Shown here: in pieces, positions 38,511 to 50,400 of the stretch
How positions within the stretch are numbered: position 1 is the first letter of the stretch
Layout: each line of letters opens with the position of its first letter
IMG/VR virus record: IMGVR_UViG_3300025162_000016
Coordinates: 62,001 to 126,000 of that record
Length of the DNA stretch: 64,000 bases
Reading direction: 5' to 3' (one strand)
The notes under the pieces: generated by a model
Database searches by the model: none
Told to the model about the DNA's origin: nothing
The model's input: the letters and a program-made list of their open reading frames with translations, nothing else
Translations under genes and position numbers: made by a program

Positions 38511-39686
38511 ATGGATAATATACTTTCAGATCAAGATAGCATCAGATTTACCGGCAGTGGTTCTAATCCTGCTGGTAACACTCCTTATGGTTTTTACGAC
38601 AACGACGCAATTTTCCTTACGGAATGTTATAGAGGAATGTTATGGGCATCTAGAAAATTGGGTTATCCGATAACCGACATTGAAATGATTGACATTAATT
38701 TCTACGCCTGTTATGAAGAGGCAGTCAATGAATACGGTAAAGAAGTAAATCAATTTAATATTGTTAACAACATGCTCGTGTTTCAAGGTCAAAATCTTGA
38801 AACTTTAGGTAGTGTAAATGGCAGGAACGTTCAAGGAACCGGTCTTAGTCAAATGATTATGTTGGCGAAGGATTATGGTTCGGAAACCGGTGCTGGTGGT
38901 AGAGTAGATTGGAAACGAGGTTATATCCAAGTTAATGCGGGTATACAAGACTACGATCTTCAGGCATTATGGGGAGATGCTAAAGAAAGCTGTAACAAAA
39001 TGGAAATAAAACGTATATTCCATGACCGACCCCCTGCCTCGGCTCGAATTTATGACCCATTTTCGATGACAGGAATGAGTTATAGTAATGTTTTGACTGA
39101 GCTAGGATTTGGGGCATATTCTCCGGCTGTTCAATTTTTAATGACCCCAATTTTCGAAGATTTGCTTCGGATGCAATCGATTGAATTTAACGATATGGTA
39201 CGTAAATCGGCATATAGTTTTGAGATTGTAAATAATAAAGTAAGGGTATTTCCCATTCCGACATATAGCTATAAGATGTGGTTTGAATATATTCTTGAAA
39301 AAGATAGATTAGAGAGTTTATTATCGGCATCTGGGTCGAATGTAGTATCTGATTACTCGAATGTTCCGTATGTTATGCCTATATATTCCAAGATTAATGA
39401 ACCTGGGAGACAATGGATACGCAATTATTTTCTGGCCTGTTGTAAAGAGACTTTAGGACAAATTCGTTCAAAGTATCAGACTATTCCTATTCCGAATGGA
39501 GAAACTACTCTTAACGGTCCGGAGTTGATTCAGGCGGCACAAACTGAGAAAGAATCACTATTAGAGAATTTGAGATTAATGCTTGAGCAATCGGGGAAAT
39601 TTTATCAATTGGAAAAACAATCTGAATTAACCGAACAAATTAATAATACATTAAAGGGAGTTCCTTTGTATATTTACGTGGGATGA
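38511..39686 (+). CDS. Neck/head-completion protein (gp13-like)
   Basis: KLGYPITDIE, CKETLGQIRSKY..IPIP...LNG, VPLYIYVG. Lies after the head genes. Confidence 0.7.
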   Translation: MDNILSDQDSIRFTGSGSNPAGNTPYGFYDNDAIFLTECYRGMLWASRKLGYPITDIEMIDINFYACYEEAVNEYGKEVNQFNIVNNMLVFQGQNLETLGSVNGRNVQGTGLSQMIMLAKDYGSETGAGGRVDWKRGYIQVNAGIQDYDLQALWGDAKESCNKMEIKRIFHDRPPASARIYDPFSMTGMSYSNVLTELGFGAYSPAVQFLMTPIFEDLLRMQSIEFNDMVRKSAYSFEIVNNKVRVFPIPTYSYKMWFEYILEKDRLESLLSASGSNVVSDYSNVPYVMPIYSKINEPGRQWIRNYFLACCKETLGQIRSKYQTIPIPNGETTLNGPELIQAAQTEKESLLENLRLMLEQSGKFYQLEKQSELTEQINNTLKGVPLYIYVG

Positions 39687-41185
39687 AAGTTTAACTGATA
39701 TTTTGTACACCCGCAATCCCAGATTCTATCCCATCCGTTATTTTTCATATTTTCCCATTCAGAAAGAGCGGGGTTAAAATTTGGGAGTCTATTGGACAGA
39801 GAGTTCTTTTTAAATCCGTATCGATGATATCTTTTAGAGTGATCTTTAGTATAGAAATAATTGGGATTAGTTTCCAATATTTTTGAAAATCCCATTTTGG
39901 AATATATTTCCCCGGTTCCCCATCTTCTATCGGAATAGGAGATAATTTTTTCAGGGGAATAGTTTTTGATAAAGTAATTTAATAATTTTCCAAATCCACC
40001 TATCACGGAGCGATTTATTTTCGAACAGAATCTGTACATTTCCCAATGATTATTTACGGGAACTGATCCAAGAGATTTTCTTAATTTTCCAAATGTCATT
40101 ACAGATATCAACTCATTTTTATAATACAAACCGAGTTTTATTAAGGATGCATCTGATCCTTGCAGGTGATTTTCATTGAGAAATAAATTAGAGTCTACAC
40201 CGGGCACTATTTTAGTTTCACATTTTCTGGCATATATTTTTACGGGAGATGTTTTGAGTATGGATTGCAATCTACTTTTTACAATTTGTTCTTTGAATCT
40301 CCATTCATCTTCAAATATATGGATAAGCCGGATTCCTTTGGTTTGACATTGCAATGTTTTATCGAGATGATATTTCTTTGAAATTCCTCCAGTTAATTGA
40401 CTATGATAGTATAATCCATCAAATTCTATTCCTAATTTATGAGAAGGAATGTAAATATCTATTTCTTTACCGGACAAAATGGTTCTATCATTTTCCTTTA
40501 CATCTATTACATTTAAAGTGGTTTTAATATAATCTATAATATCTTTTTGGCATTTTGAAATATAGTTTGGAAAACAAATTGGACATCGAGGTATATGTCC
40601 ATCTTGGAGATGATTATGAAACAAACTTTTACATAATTTACATTCGAATTTATATGTTAATTCGACCCCCAAGTATTCTTCTTTTGAAAATAATGGGGTG
40701 ACATTTTTATATCTTACATCGGTAAAAAATCTCTCATAATTCTCTTGTAGAATATTTGACCGAATTTCTTTAGATTGAATTGGATAATCGGTTCCATATT
40801 TTTTACGATTGGTTTCTTTTATTTGTTGTTTGCATTTATCCAATTTTAGATTACAATCTTCCCCATAATGTTTTAAGCAAGTTTCTTTCTTTTTCTCTTT
40901 TATGAGAGGAGATATTGATGGATTTTTTACTCCATAAGTTTTTAAACAACTGGCTTCTTTTTTCTGTTTAACATTGGTGGAATTATTGGAACATTTGCGA
41001 GAGCAATACGATCTAAAACCGGAGAATATATCATTTAAAACGGTAATATTTCCGCATTGGATGCAGTTTCCGACATTGATTATTTCCGGATGAATCCATT
41101 TATACAATTTCTCTTTAAAGGAATTTCCGGAAAAGTTAGTTAGAATGGACGAATAACATTCGGGATAATCTCGGCGAATAATCAT
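39674..41185 (-). CDS. Hef-like homing endonuclease with KYG repeats
   Basis: KYG repeats, EIDI..EFDGLYYH, HIFEDEW, RIWDCG. Confidence 0.75.
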   Translation of the reverse strand: MIIRRDYPECYSSILTNFSGNSFKEKLYKWIHPEIINVGNCIQCGNITVLNDIFSGFRSYCSRKCSNNSTNVKQKKEASCLKTYGVKNPSISPLIKEKKKETCLKHYGEDCNLKLDKCKQQIKETNRKKYGTDYPIQSKEIRSNILQENYERFFTDVRYKNVTPLFSKEEYLGVELTYKFECKLCKSLFHNHLQDGHIPRCPICFPNYISKCQKDIIDYIKTTLNVIDVKENDRTILSGKEIDIYIPSHKLGIEFDGLYYHSQLTGGISKKYHLDKTLQCQTKGIRLIHIFEDEWRFKEQIVKSRLQSILKTSPVKIYARKCETKIVPGVDSNLFLNENHLQGSDASLIKLGLYYKNELISVMTFGKLRKSLGSVPVNNHWEMYRFCSKINRSVIGGFGKLLNYFIKNYSPEKIISYSDRRWGTGEIYSKMGFSKILETNPNYFYTKDHSKRYHRYGFKKNSLSNRLPNFNPALSEWENMKNNGWDRIWDCGCTKYQLNFHPT

Positions 41186-41361
41186 TTCATAGTGAAATCT
41201 ATGTGAATTAATGATATTGATTGCTAATTCGGATGTTAATTTCGATATAATAACGTTCCATTCTTTTTTCTACCGATGTTACTATTATGTATCACGATGG
41301 GAGAAAAACACAAGTTATTTTATTGTTGAGTACTTTGATAACTCAGTGATATTTATAAGAT

Positions 41362-41832
41362 ATGACATTTGGGCGATATTATTCTGATCGAGACCGTAGA
41401 TTCATCAATTCAGTTAACCGTGAGTTGATTGGGGACATTATACAATGTTTAGTAGACATTCACAAGTTATGTCCGGATCAGAGTAAGATAAATATGTATG
41501 GGGAGTCTGCGGTGACGGAGGGAGGGAAAGTATTTTTTCCAGGGGTATCAGTGACTACATTAGTGGACAAGAGGGATATAGAGACGACGGCGGATGAATT
41601 TGGGACGGATAGGAAGCAAATTATTCAATTTCGGTTTCGAGAACTTACATTAAAAGATTTTAATTTATTTCCAGAAGTGGGTGATATTATCATATATAAT
41701 GATAGATTACATGAAGTGGATGGAGTTATTCAAGATCAATTTTTAGGATCTATACCGGACAAATCATTTTCTATTGTGTGTGATACCCATTATAGCAGAT
41801 TAAGTAAAGCGGGCATGTTTATTAGAAGTTAA
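41362..41832 (+). CDS. Putative neck/head-closure protein
   Basis: FPEVGDII.YN...HEV motif; position; TATTTATA box 4 nt upstream. Confidence 0.55.
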   Translation: MTFGRYYSDRDRRFINSVNRELIGDIIQCLVDIHKLCPDQSKINMYGESAVTEGGKVFFPGVSVTTLVDKRDIETTADEFGTDRKQIIQFRFRELTLKDFNLFPEVGDIIIYNDRLHEVDGVIQDQFLGSIPDKSFSIVCDTHYSRLSKAGMFIRS

Positions 41833-41852
41833 CAGAAAGAAAATATAAAAAA

Positions 41853-43016
41853 ATGGCTTCATGGCAAGGCAATCCGAAAAATCCAACACCCAATCCGGTG
41901 CAAGAAGATATTTCACGTTCTGAAAAGAGGGTGGATGAGAATCGTTCATTTCCCGTGAGGAGAGACACGGATAAACAGAAAAACAATGTAATTACGTTAA
42001 TGGATGTAGACAGGGTAATATTCGATCATTTGGAACGTATGCAGATAACGGTGGTAGATGAAGGGAATATAATTAAAGTTCCTATATTTTATGGATCACC
42101 GGAAAAATGGGTGGCGGCTAGACGGGATGGATGTATTCGTGATCGTCAAGGGAAAATCCAGCTTCCCGCTCTTATTTTCCGAAGAACGAATTTGGAAAAC
42201 GATGATAATATGGAAATGTTTAATCGATATATTAAATATCCAGTTATTCAGAAACATTCGATAAAAAATCAATATACCCAATTTTCAATTCTTACGCAGG
42301 GTAATGCTCCAGTAAATGAAGTGTTTAATATAACGATGGCAGATCATATGATATTCACGTATTCGTTTATTGTATGGACAGAATATCATGAGCAAATGAA
42401 TCCCATTATTGAGAAGATTAAATTTAATACTAAAGATTATTGGGGGACCACTGGAGGGTTTAGGTTTCGTACTAGAGCCGAGGCATTTTCCCACACCATT
42501 GAATTGAATTCGGACGAGGATAGACTTGTTAGAACCGAGTTTAACTTGATTACTAATGGATATATTCTTCCGGAAAGCTATCAACTTCTGGATCGGCAAT
42601 ATCCTACGACTGATAAATTTTTTACTCCAAAGAAAATTATTATAGGGACGGAGACAGTAGCGGATGATTATGATATGTCACAGTTAAATAATAATGCCGA
42701 TAAATGGAAAAGTAAACTATATCCAAATATTAATATGGGAGAAGAACCAAAAGGACCGGGAATTACCTGGGAAGATGCCGGAAATGCGACTTCTCTGCCA
42801 ATTTCGGCAGTTAATGTTCTAAGGTCTTTACAGGTAGTAAATACGATCGCTGGATATGAATTTGCATCTACTACATCATCTAATGTTATGTGGCAAAAAG
42901 CTCCAAGTTTTCCAGATTCACCAGGAACTGATGGATGGATGGCGCATGATGCCAGTTATTTATATATTTATACTGGCGGAAGTTGGAAACGAGTTCCTAT
43001 AAATCAATTTTCATAA
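41853..43016 (+). CDS. Putative tail terminator/sheath stabiliser (gp15-like)
   Basis: VPIFYGSPEKW, GKIQLP. C-terminal GWMAHDASYLYIY...WKRV fibre-type motif. Confidence 0.55.
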   Translation: MASWQGNPKNPTPNPVQEDISRSEKRVDENRSFPVRRDTDKQKNNVITLMDVDRVIFDHLERMQITVVDEGNIIKVPIFYGSPEKWVAARRDGCIRDRQGKIQLPALIFRRTNLENDDNMEMFNRYIKYPVIQKHSIKNQYTQFSILTQGNAPVNEVFNITMADHMIFTYSFIVWTEYHEQMNPIIEKIKFNTKDYWGTTGGFRFRTRAEAFSHTIELNSDEDRLVRTEFNLITNGYILPESYQLLDRQYPTTDKFFTPKKIIIGTETVADDYDMSQLNNNADKWKSKLYPNINMGEEPKGPGITWEDAGNATSLPISAVNVLRSLQVVNTIAGYEFASTTSSNVMWQKAPSFPDSPGTDGWMAHDASYLYIYTGGSWKRVPINQFS

Positions 43017-43019
43017 AAT

Positions 43020-43616
43020 ATGGTTAATCCATACGAGATAGTTTACAGTAAACGGAATGCGAGCGGGACAGGATTTGACGAAAAAATACTTGTTCCCGCA
43101 GCGGACACACTTGTCATCGTTAATCATTGCGGAGATTTAGCAACTTCAATAGAAACAACCGCTTCGCTTAACATTACTGCATCTCAAGCTATAACTGCTT
43201 CGTATGCATTAATTGCATCTCAAGCTATAACTGCTTCGTATGCATTAATTACATCTCAAGTATTAACTGCTTCGTATGCGATAACATCTAGTACGGTTAA
43301 TAATTTTCCATTTGACACGGTATCAGCGATATTAAATATAACAGAATCGGCGGTAATGTTTTTTCAAAAATCCACTGGATCATTCAATGCGGTATTTTTT
43401 GATTATTATACTAAGAGTGGGAGCAATCAAAGAGCGGGGGTAATGTTTGGAACATGGGCGGATGTTTTATCATATACGGAGCAGACTACAATGGACATTG
43501 GGAATACAAGTGATATTGCGATATCAATGACGCTTAGTATGAGTAGTATTCAGTTTTTAGCGGTGGCACAAACTACAGAAAACTGGAACATTAAAGGTTT
43601 CATTAGATACTTATAA
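43020..43616 (+). CDS. Tail-associated protein; C-domain paralogous to 43703
   Basis: ITASYA repeats and shared STGSF..GNTS domain. Confidence 0.55.
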   Translation: MVNPYEIVYSKRNASGTGFDEKILVPAADTLVIVNHCGDLATSIETTASLNITASQAITASYALIASQAITASYALITSQVLTASYAITSSTVNNFPFDTVSAILNITESAVMFFQKSTGSFNAVFFDYYTKSGSNQRAGVMFGTWADVLSYTEQTTMDIGNTSDIAISMTLSMSSIQFLAVAQTTENWNIKGFIRYL

Positions 43617-43702
43617 TAAGAGAATAATATTTATGGCTTATTTACTAAACATCATAAAAAGCCAGTCCAATGCTGGAAGAATTTGAGAAAGGTAATTTTT
43701 AA

Positions 43703-44278
43703 ATGAACGAACTAAAAGTAAAAAATGGGTTAATTGTAGAAGGTCCGGAGAGGATAACAGGATCGTTATATGTCTCTCAAGGAATAACATCCTCATTTGG
43801 TCTTTGTGGTACTGCTTCATGGGCGACTAACGCTGTAGATGCACTTTCCGCAACTTCCGCATCATTTGCTTCCAGTTCATTGACCGCTTCATATTTAATG
43901 AACGGCACGCATGATATAACTGCCAGTTGGGCAATTAACGCATCGACTGCTAGTTCCTTGATTGGGTTATCATTTGATACGACTTCCTCGATAAGTACAG
44001 CTCCTTCTAATATAATATCTCAACGAGATACTGGTTCCTTTATATCTGTAAATTATCAATATGCTGCTCACAGCAGTAGTAATATGAGAGTTGGAAATAT
44101 TTTTGGTGGATGGCTTCCAAACGGTTCAGAAGTCACGTATGCGGAGTTTGTTACCACGGATTTGGGAAATACCAGTGAAATGAGCATGTCAATAGCATTG
44201 ACAGATTCTTATGTTCAATTGATATCCAATGCACCATCATTATCTTGGGCGATTAAAACATTAGCAACTTATTTGTAA
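43703..44278 (+). CDS. Tail-associated protein
   Basis: TASWA repeats; N-terminus resembles that of 44439. Confidence 0.55.
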   Translation: MNELKVKNGLIVEGPERITGSLYVSQGITSSFGLCGTASWATNAVDALSATSASFASSSLTASYLMNGTHDITASWAINASTASSLIGLSFDTTSSISTAPSNIISQRDTGSFISVNYQYAAHSSSNMRVGNIFGGWLPNGSEVTYAEFVTTDLGNTSEMSMSIALTDSYVQLISNAPSLSWAIKTLATYL

Positions 44279-44438
44279 TATAAAAGTTACAAATACAATT
44301 AAATATAATTCCGGAAAATGAAAGAATTATGCCAACAATCAAATTACGAAGTAATATTACGGGGCTATGTACCTTATATAGCAAAAATGAATTTGTAAAT
44401 ACATCACTTAAAAACATCACTGTTAGTGGGAGGTATCT

Positions 44439-47400
44439 ATGAGCCACGAATTTGTAGCAAAACGTGGATTAATTTCCCGAGGTGATGTACAAGTTACTGG
44501 TTCGTTAACCGCCACCGGCGTTATTTTCGGACATCATACTGGTTCTACTTTTGGAACGGCTTCTTGGGCAACTAATTCTTTAACCACGTCTTATGCAGAC
44601 TCATTAACTGTTAACAATGATTTAACAGTTGGCGGCATATTACGAGCCGGACAAATTAGTAGTAGTTTTATATATATCACCTCAAGTTATATTGTAGTAA
44701 CTGATAACATACTTACATTAAATGCACAAACTCCTCATGTAAGATACGCCGGGATTGAAGTATGGGATTCGGGTTCTACCGATCAAATGGCGAGTGTTTT
44801 ATGGGATGGCGAGAATAATTACTTCTTTATTTCATCCAGCGATGCGGGATATAGTAAAAAGATTATATTGGGACCGAGTGGTGAAGTAGATTTAACCGTC
44901 GGTAAAATACCTGTAGTAACTACAGGCGATAGTATTGGTGATAGTATAATACAACAAATTGGATCGGAAATCAATATTACGGGCAATTTAGTAGCTACGT
45001 CGGTAACTGCATCATTGATGGGGACGGCATCAAATGCTATTAGTGCGTCCTATGTTCCTAATTTATATCCACAAATTATACAAACCACCGTTGATTCTGC
45101 ATCGTGGGTGAGTGCTTCGGTATTTATCACTACTGCACAAACCGCTTCTTATATCACTTCCAGTAATATTTTTGGTAAGGTAACCGCCTTTAGTTCTTCA
45201 TGGGCAAGTGCTTCGGTTAGTGCATCCTATGTTCCGAATTTATATCCACAAACATATCAAGAATCTGGTTCATGGGCATCTTCATCGATTAGTGCCAGTT
45301 ATTTATTTGGACCTCATACTGGTTCGACATTTGGAACTGCAAGTTGGGCATTATCATCTTCGACTGCGATCAGTGCATCTTATTCGCCAGTAGAACCCGA
45401 TTATAGTTCATCGGTATCGTTACAAATAGATACTAAACAGAACAACATTGTTACCGGTTCAACCTTACCGATAACTGCAAGCTGGGCTAACTATATTTCT
45501 TCCAGCAATATAATTGGTAATGTTACCGCATTTTCTGCTTCGTGGGCGAGTGCTTCAATTAGTGCTTCCTACGTTCCTAATTTATATCCGCAGACGTATC
45601 AGGAGTCGGGGTCATGGGCCAGTGCTTCATTAAGTGCAAGTTATTCTCCGGTTCAACCGAGTTACAGTGCAAGTATTTCCGATCAATTTGCGACTAAACA
45701 AGATACATTAGTAATTGGCAATACTTATTCAATAACAAGTAGTTGGGCAAACGATGCTATTACGGCATCATATATTTCTTCCAGTAATATTTTTGGTAGT
45801 ATTACCGCATTAAGTTCTTCGTGGGCATCTTCCAGTATTTCATCATCTTACGTTCCCAATTTATATCCACAGGTTATACAAACCACCGTTGATTCTGCAT
45901 CATGGGTAAGTGCTTCGGTATTTATTACAACGGCACAGACTGCTTCGTATGTATCTTCCAGCAATGTTATAGGAATAATAACCGCATTTTCTTCCTCTTG
46001 GGCGAGTGCGTCGATCAGTGCTTCCTATGTTCCTAATTTATATCCTCAGACATATCAAGAGTCTGGTTCATGGGCATCATCCAGTATTTCGTCATCGTAT
46101 GCTACATCAGCATCTTACGTTCCCAATTTATATCCACAAGTTACACAAACAACAGTTGATTCGGCGTCATGGGTAAGTGCGTCGGTATTTATTACTACTG
46201 CACAAACCGCTTCTTATATTACGGCCAGTAATATATTTGGAACGGTAACGAGTTCATCGTATGCTTTAAGTGCGTCTTGGTCACCGCAACCGGCAATACC
46301 GACATCAGTTCCTTCCTCTTCATGGGCATCATCCAGTATTTCGGCGTCATATGCATTAACAGCGAGTTTTGCTTTAAATGCATCAGCACTTACATCGGCA
46401 AGTTGGGCAAGTAGTTCTTTAAGTGCATCATATCTTAATGCGGGGGCGAATATATATCTTTCGCAATCATATATTTTTGCTAATACCAATTCAATTGTAC
46501 CGTCATTTAAACCGGGACAATTATGGTATGATTCATTAACTCATACGTATGCGATTGATACTGATAAAACGGATGTTCGTCTTCAGATAGGACAGGAAAA
46601 TTATGTTAGAATTGTGGCGGGAGAATTAATTGCGAATGGAAACGCTGTTTATATTAGCGGGTCGAATATAAACAAACTTCCGATTGCATACCTTGCGATT
46701 GCAGATGGAACGGGATTGAAAAATCTAGTAGTTGGTTTATCAACTCAACCACTAACAATAGGAGAAGAAGGGTTTGCCACTACAGTAGGAGTTGTTAATA
46801 ATATTAACACATCTACCCTAATTGACGGCGATGTATTGTATTTATCTGACGTTACTTCTGGTTCCTTTACAAATATTATACCATTATTTCCTGCTGAAAA
46901 AGTAATTGTTGGAACGGTTTTATATTCTGGAATATCCGGAAAGATTTTAGTAGATTTGAGTCAACACACTCCTCGGGAAGATTTCAGTGTTGGGGTAATA
47001 GATATTCCTACGTTATCTAATATTGGCAGTACGATTTATATTGGGGCATCTAAAGTTAATTTCTGTATTAATTTATCCGGAAAAGGTATTATACGTTCAT
47101 TTACAGTTCCCTCCGCATCATTTACGATTACAACGGCGTTTTTGGATGTTCAATATATTCTTGCGAATTATAATAATGGCAATCCGATTTATCAGATTGC
47201 GACGGATATGTCAACGGTAGATAACATTCAAACTGTTCCGGTAGCCACATTTACATTGGGGTCGGGTGGAAATTTTTCTTATGTAGATTGGGACTCTTCC
47301 GGATTATTATTAAGCAACAAACTTGAACGTCGTATTATTGATATTTATGGTGCTCAACGAGCAAGTGGATTAGAAATAGGAACCAGCGGTTCTCATATTA

Positions 47401-50400
47401 CTATTACATCCGGAACGGGATATCTTGGAGTTAAGCAATTAACATTTACTAGTTCAAGTACTGCCAATACAAATCAATTTGCATTAGTAGCACATTCCGC
47501 ATCGATTTGGTCGGGATCTTTTATTAATGGGTATGTAACTACTCATTATGATGATGGCATCAATTTACGAACTCTTGGATCGGGTAAATATGTTGTAAAT
47601 TATGTTTATCGTGGAATTGGATCACTCAATCGATCTCAGGTATTGTTGAGCCCGCAATATGTCAATTACGGGGATGCGGTCAAGGCAATAATGCCTATTC
47701 CACCGGCTGAATTATCGAGCATTTCTATTTTTTGTGGACGCATAATAACACAAGAAGGAGATGGGGCATTATTGGTTGAGAGTGCATTTACAACTATTCT
47801 TTCGGTGGCGGGTATTACTGATCACAATTTATTAAATAATATACAAGGTGGAACACCGGGTCAATATTATCATTTATCATCGGCAAGTTACGCTCAGATG
47901 ATAAATGGGACTGCAAGTTATGCATATACTGCTAGTTATATATCTTCCAGTAATATATTCGGGAATATAACTGCATTTAGTGCTTCGTGGGCATCGGCTA
48001 GTATTTCGGCATCTTATGTTCCTAATTTATATCCACAGACATATCAAGTGTCTGGTTCGTGGGCATCATCATCGATTAGTTCGAGTTATTTATTTGGTTC
48101 ACATACCGGCTCTACTTTTGGTACGGCGAGTTATGCATATACTGCTAGTTATATATCTTCAAGTAATATATTTGGTAATGTAACCGCATTCAGTGCTTCG
48201 TGGGCATCGGCCAGTATTTCGGCGTCATATGTTCCTAATTTATATCCGCAAACTTTTCAAGCATCGGGGAGTTGGGCAAGCAGCTCTTTAAGTGCAAGTT
48301 GGGCACAATCTGCATCAATTGCATCAACAGCTAGTTATGTATCTTTCAGCAATATTTTTGGTAATGTAACTGCATTTTCCGCATCATGGGCATCGGCTAG
48401 TATTTCTTCATCGTATACTTTAAAATCATATTGGAATGATATTACTAAAGAGCCATCTGGATTTCCAAACCGGACAGATTCCACTCTTAGTTATGACAGT
48501 GCTTCGGTTAAATTAATGATATCGGGATCGAACTGGAAGGTTTATTGTAATGGCAATGAATTTATTAAAAATAATGAATCCATTGTTATTTCTACACCGA
48601 CCAAAGGACAGTTATATTATATTTATTATGATACGAATGGGGTATTACAACAAGCAGTAAGTGAATGGAGTTTTGTATCTGGAATTGCTTCCGTTTGCAC
48701 GGTATATATTGGGGCAGGGGCGGGTAATGGATTTGTTTCGGATGAACGGCATGGGGTTTTAATGGACGGGATGACCCATGAATATTTGCATGAGACAATG
48801 GGGCCGAGGTATGCTTCTGGATTTGCGTGGACGACAACGACAGCTTCGCTTGGAAAATATGCAATATCAGCGGGGGAATGGTATGATGATGATCTTGAAT
48901 TTAAGACTACCACTATTTTAAGTAGCAGTTTGATGGCATATTATTCGGGAGCGATGGTAGTATCTACAACGGAGACGAGTTCGATGTATGGGGGAGGAAC
49001 TGAAAAATATAATAACACTACATTAGGTACATTGGTAAATATTACGGGGGGTAATGCTGGGTGTTTCTTCATATATGCTATTAATGGGATTAGCAACAAT
49101 TTAGTATCGATATATGGGCAGAGGATTGACACTAGTGTTGCGAATGCTCGGACGAACAATACACCGGACACTTTAATATTTGGTAATTTCCCATTTCGGG
49201 AGGCGAAGTTATTATATCGTGTAATTGTGACGACGGCGGGTATTTCCGAGACCACGGATTACCGAACCGCACAATATGCTGGGTCTACATTTACACCTAC
49301 GTCACATGGATCGTTGACTGGGTTAAGTAATGATGATCATCCGCAATATCTTTTATTAGCGGGTAGAGATGGGCAAGCGGCGGCTACGTTTACGGGATCT
49401 ATAGTTGGCAGTTCTTCATATGCGACGAGTGCTTCGTATGTTCCGAATTTATATCCACAGACATATCAAGTATCGGGGAGTTGGGCAAGTAGTTCTTTAA
49501 GTGCGAGTTATATATCTTCCAGCAATATTTTTGGTAATGTAACTGCTTTCTCTGCTTCGTGGGCATCTTCTTCAATTAGTGCATCCTATGCTCCGGTTCA
49601 ACCATCATACAGTGCGAGTATTTCTACACAATTCGGAACTAAACAAGATACCCTTGTAACTGGTAATACTTATTTTATTACATCCAGTTGGTCGATAAGT
49701 TCAAGTTATGCACCAAATCTTTATCCACAAACTTATCAGATAAGTGGAAGTTGGGCATCTGCTTCAATAAGTGCATCCTATGCAACGATGGCTGGAACAG
49801 CGAATGCGATTTCCTTTGTTCCTCTAACATCGACTAGTGCCTCTTGGGTATCTGCTTCCGTTTTTATTACAACCGCACAGACTGCATCTTATATTACATC
49901 TAGTAATATTGTAGGAATAATAACTGCTATCAGTGCAAGTTGGTCAAGTGCCTCAATTAGTGCATCATATGCACCGGTTCAACCAAGTTATTCTTCCAGT
50001 GTATCCACTCAATTTGGAACCAAACAGGATACTCTTGTAACTGGAACCACTTATTTCATTACATCAAGTTGGTCACTTAATTCAATAACTACATCTTATA
50101 TTACGTCGAGTAATATTGTGGGAATAATAACTGCATTTAGTTCTTCTTGGGCTAGTTCTTCAATCAGTGCTAGTTACGTTCCCAATTTATATCCTCAGAC
50201 AGAACAAACATCCGCTTCGTGGGCTTCTAGTTCGATTAGTGCAAGTTATTTATTTGGACCGCATACGGGATCGACTTTTGGAACTTCAAGTTGGTCACTT
50301 AATTCAATAACTACTAGTTATATTACTTCCAGTAATATTGTGGGAATAATAACTGCATTTTCTGCCTCTTGGGCATCTTCTTCATTGAGTGCTTCATATG

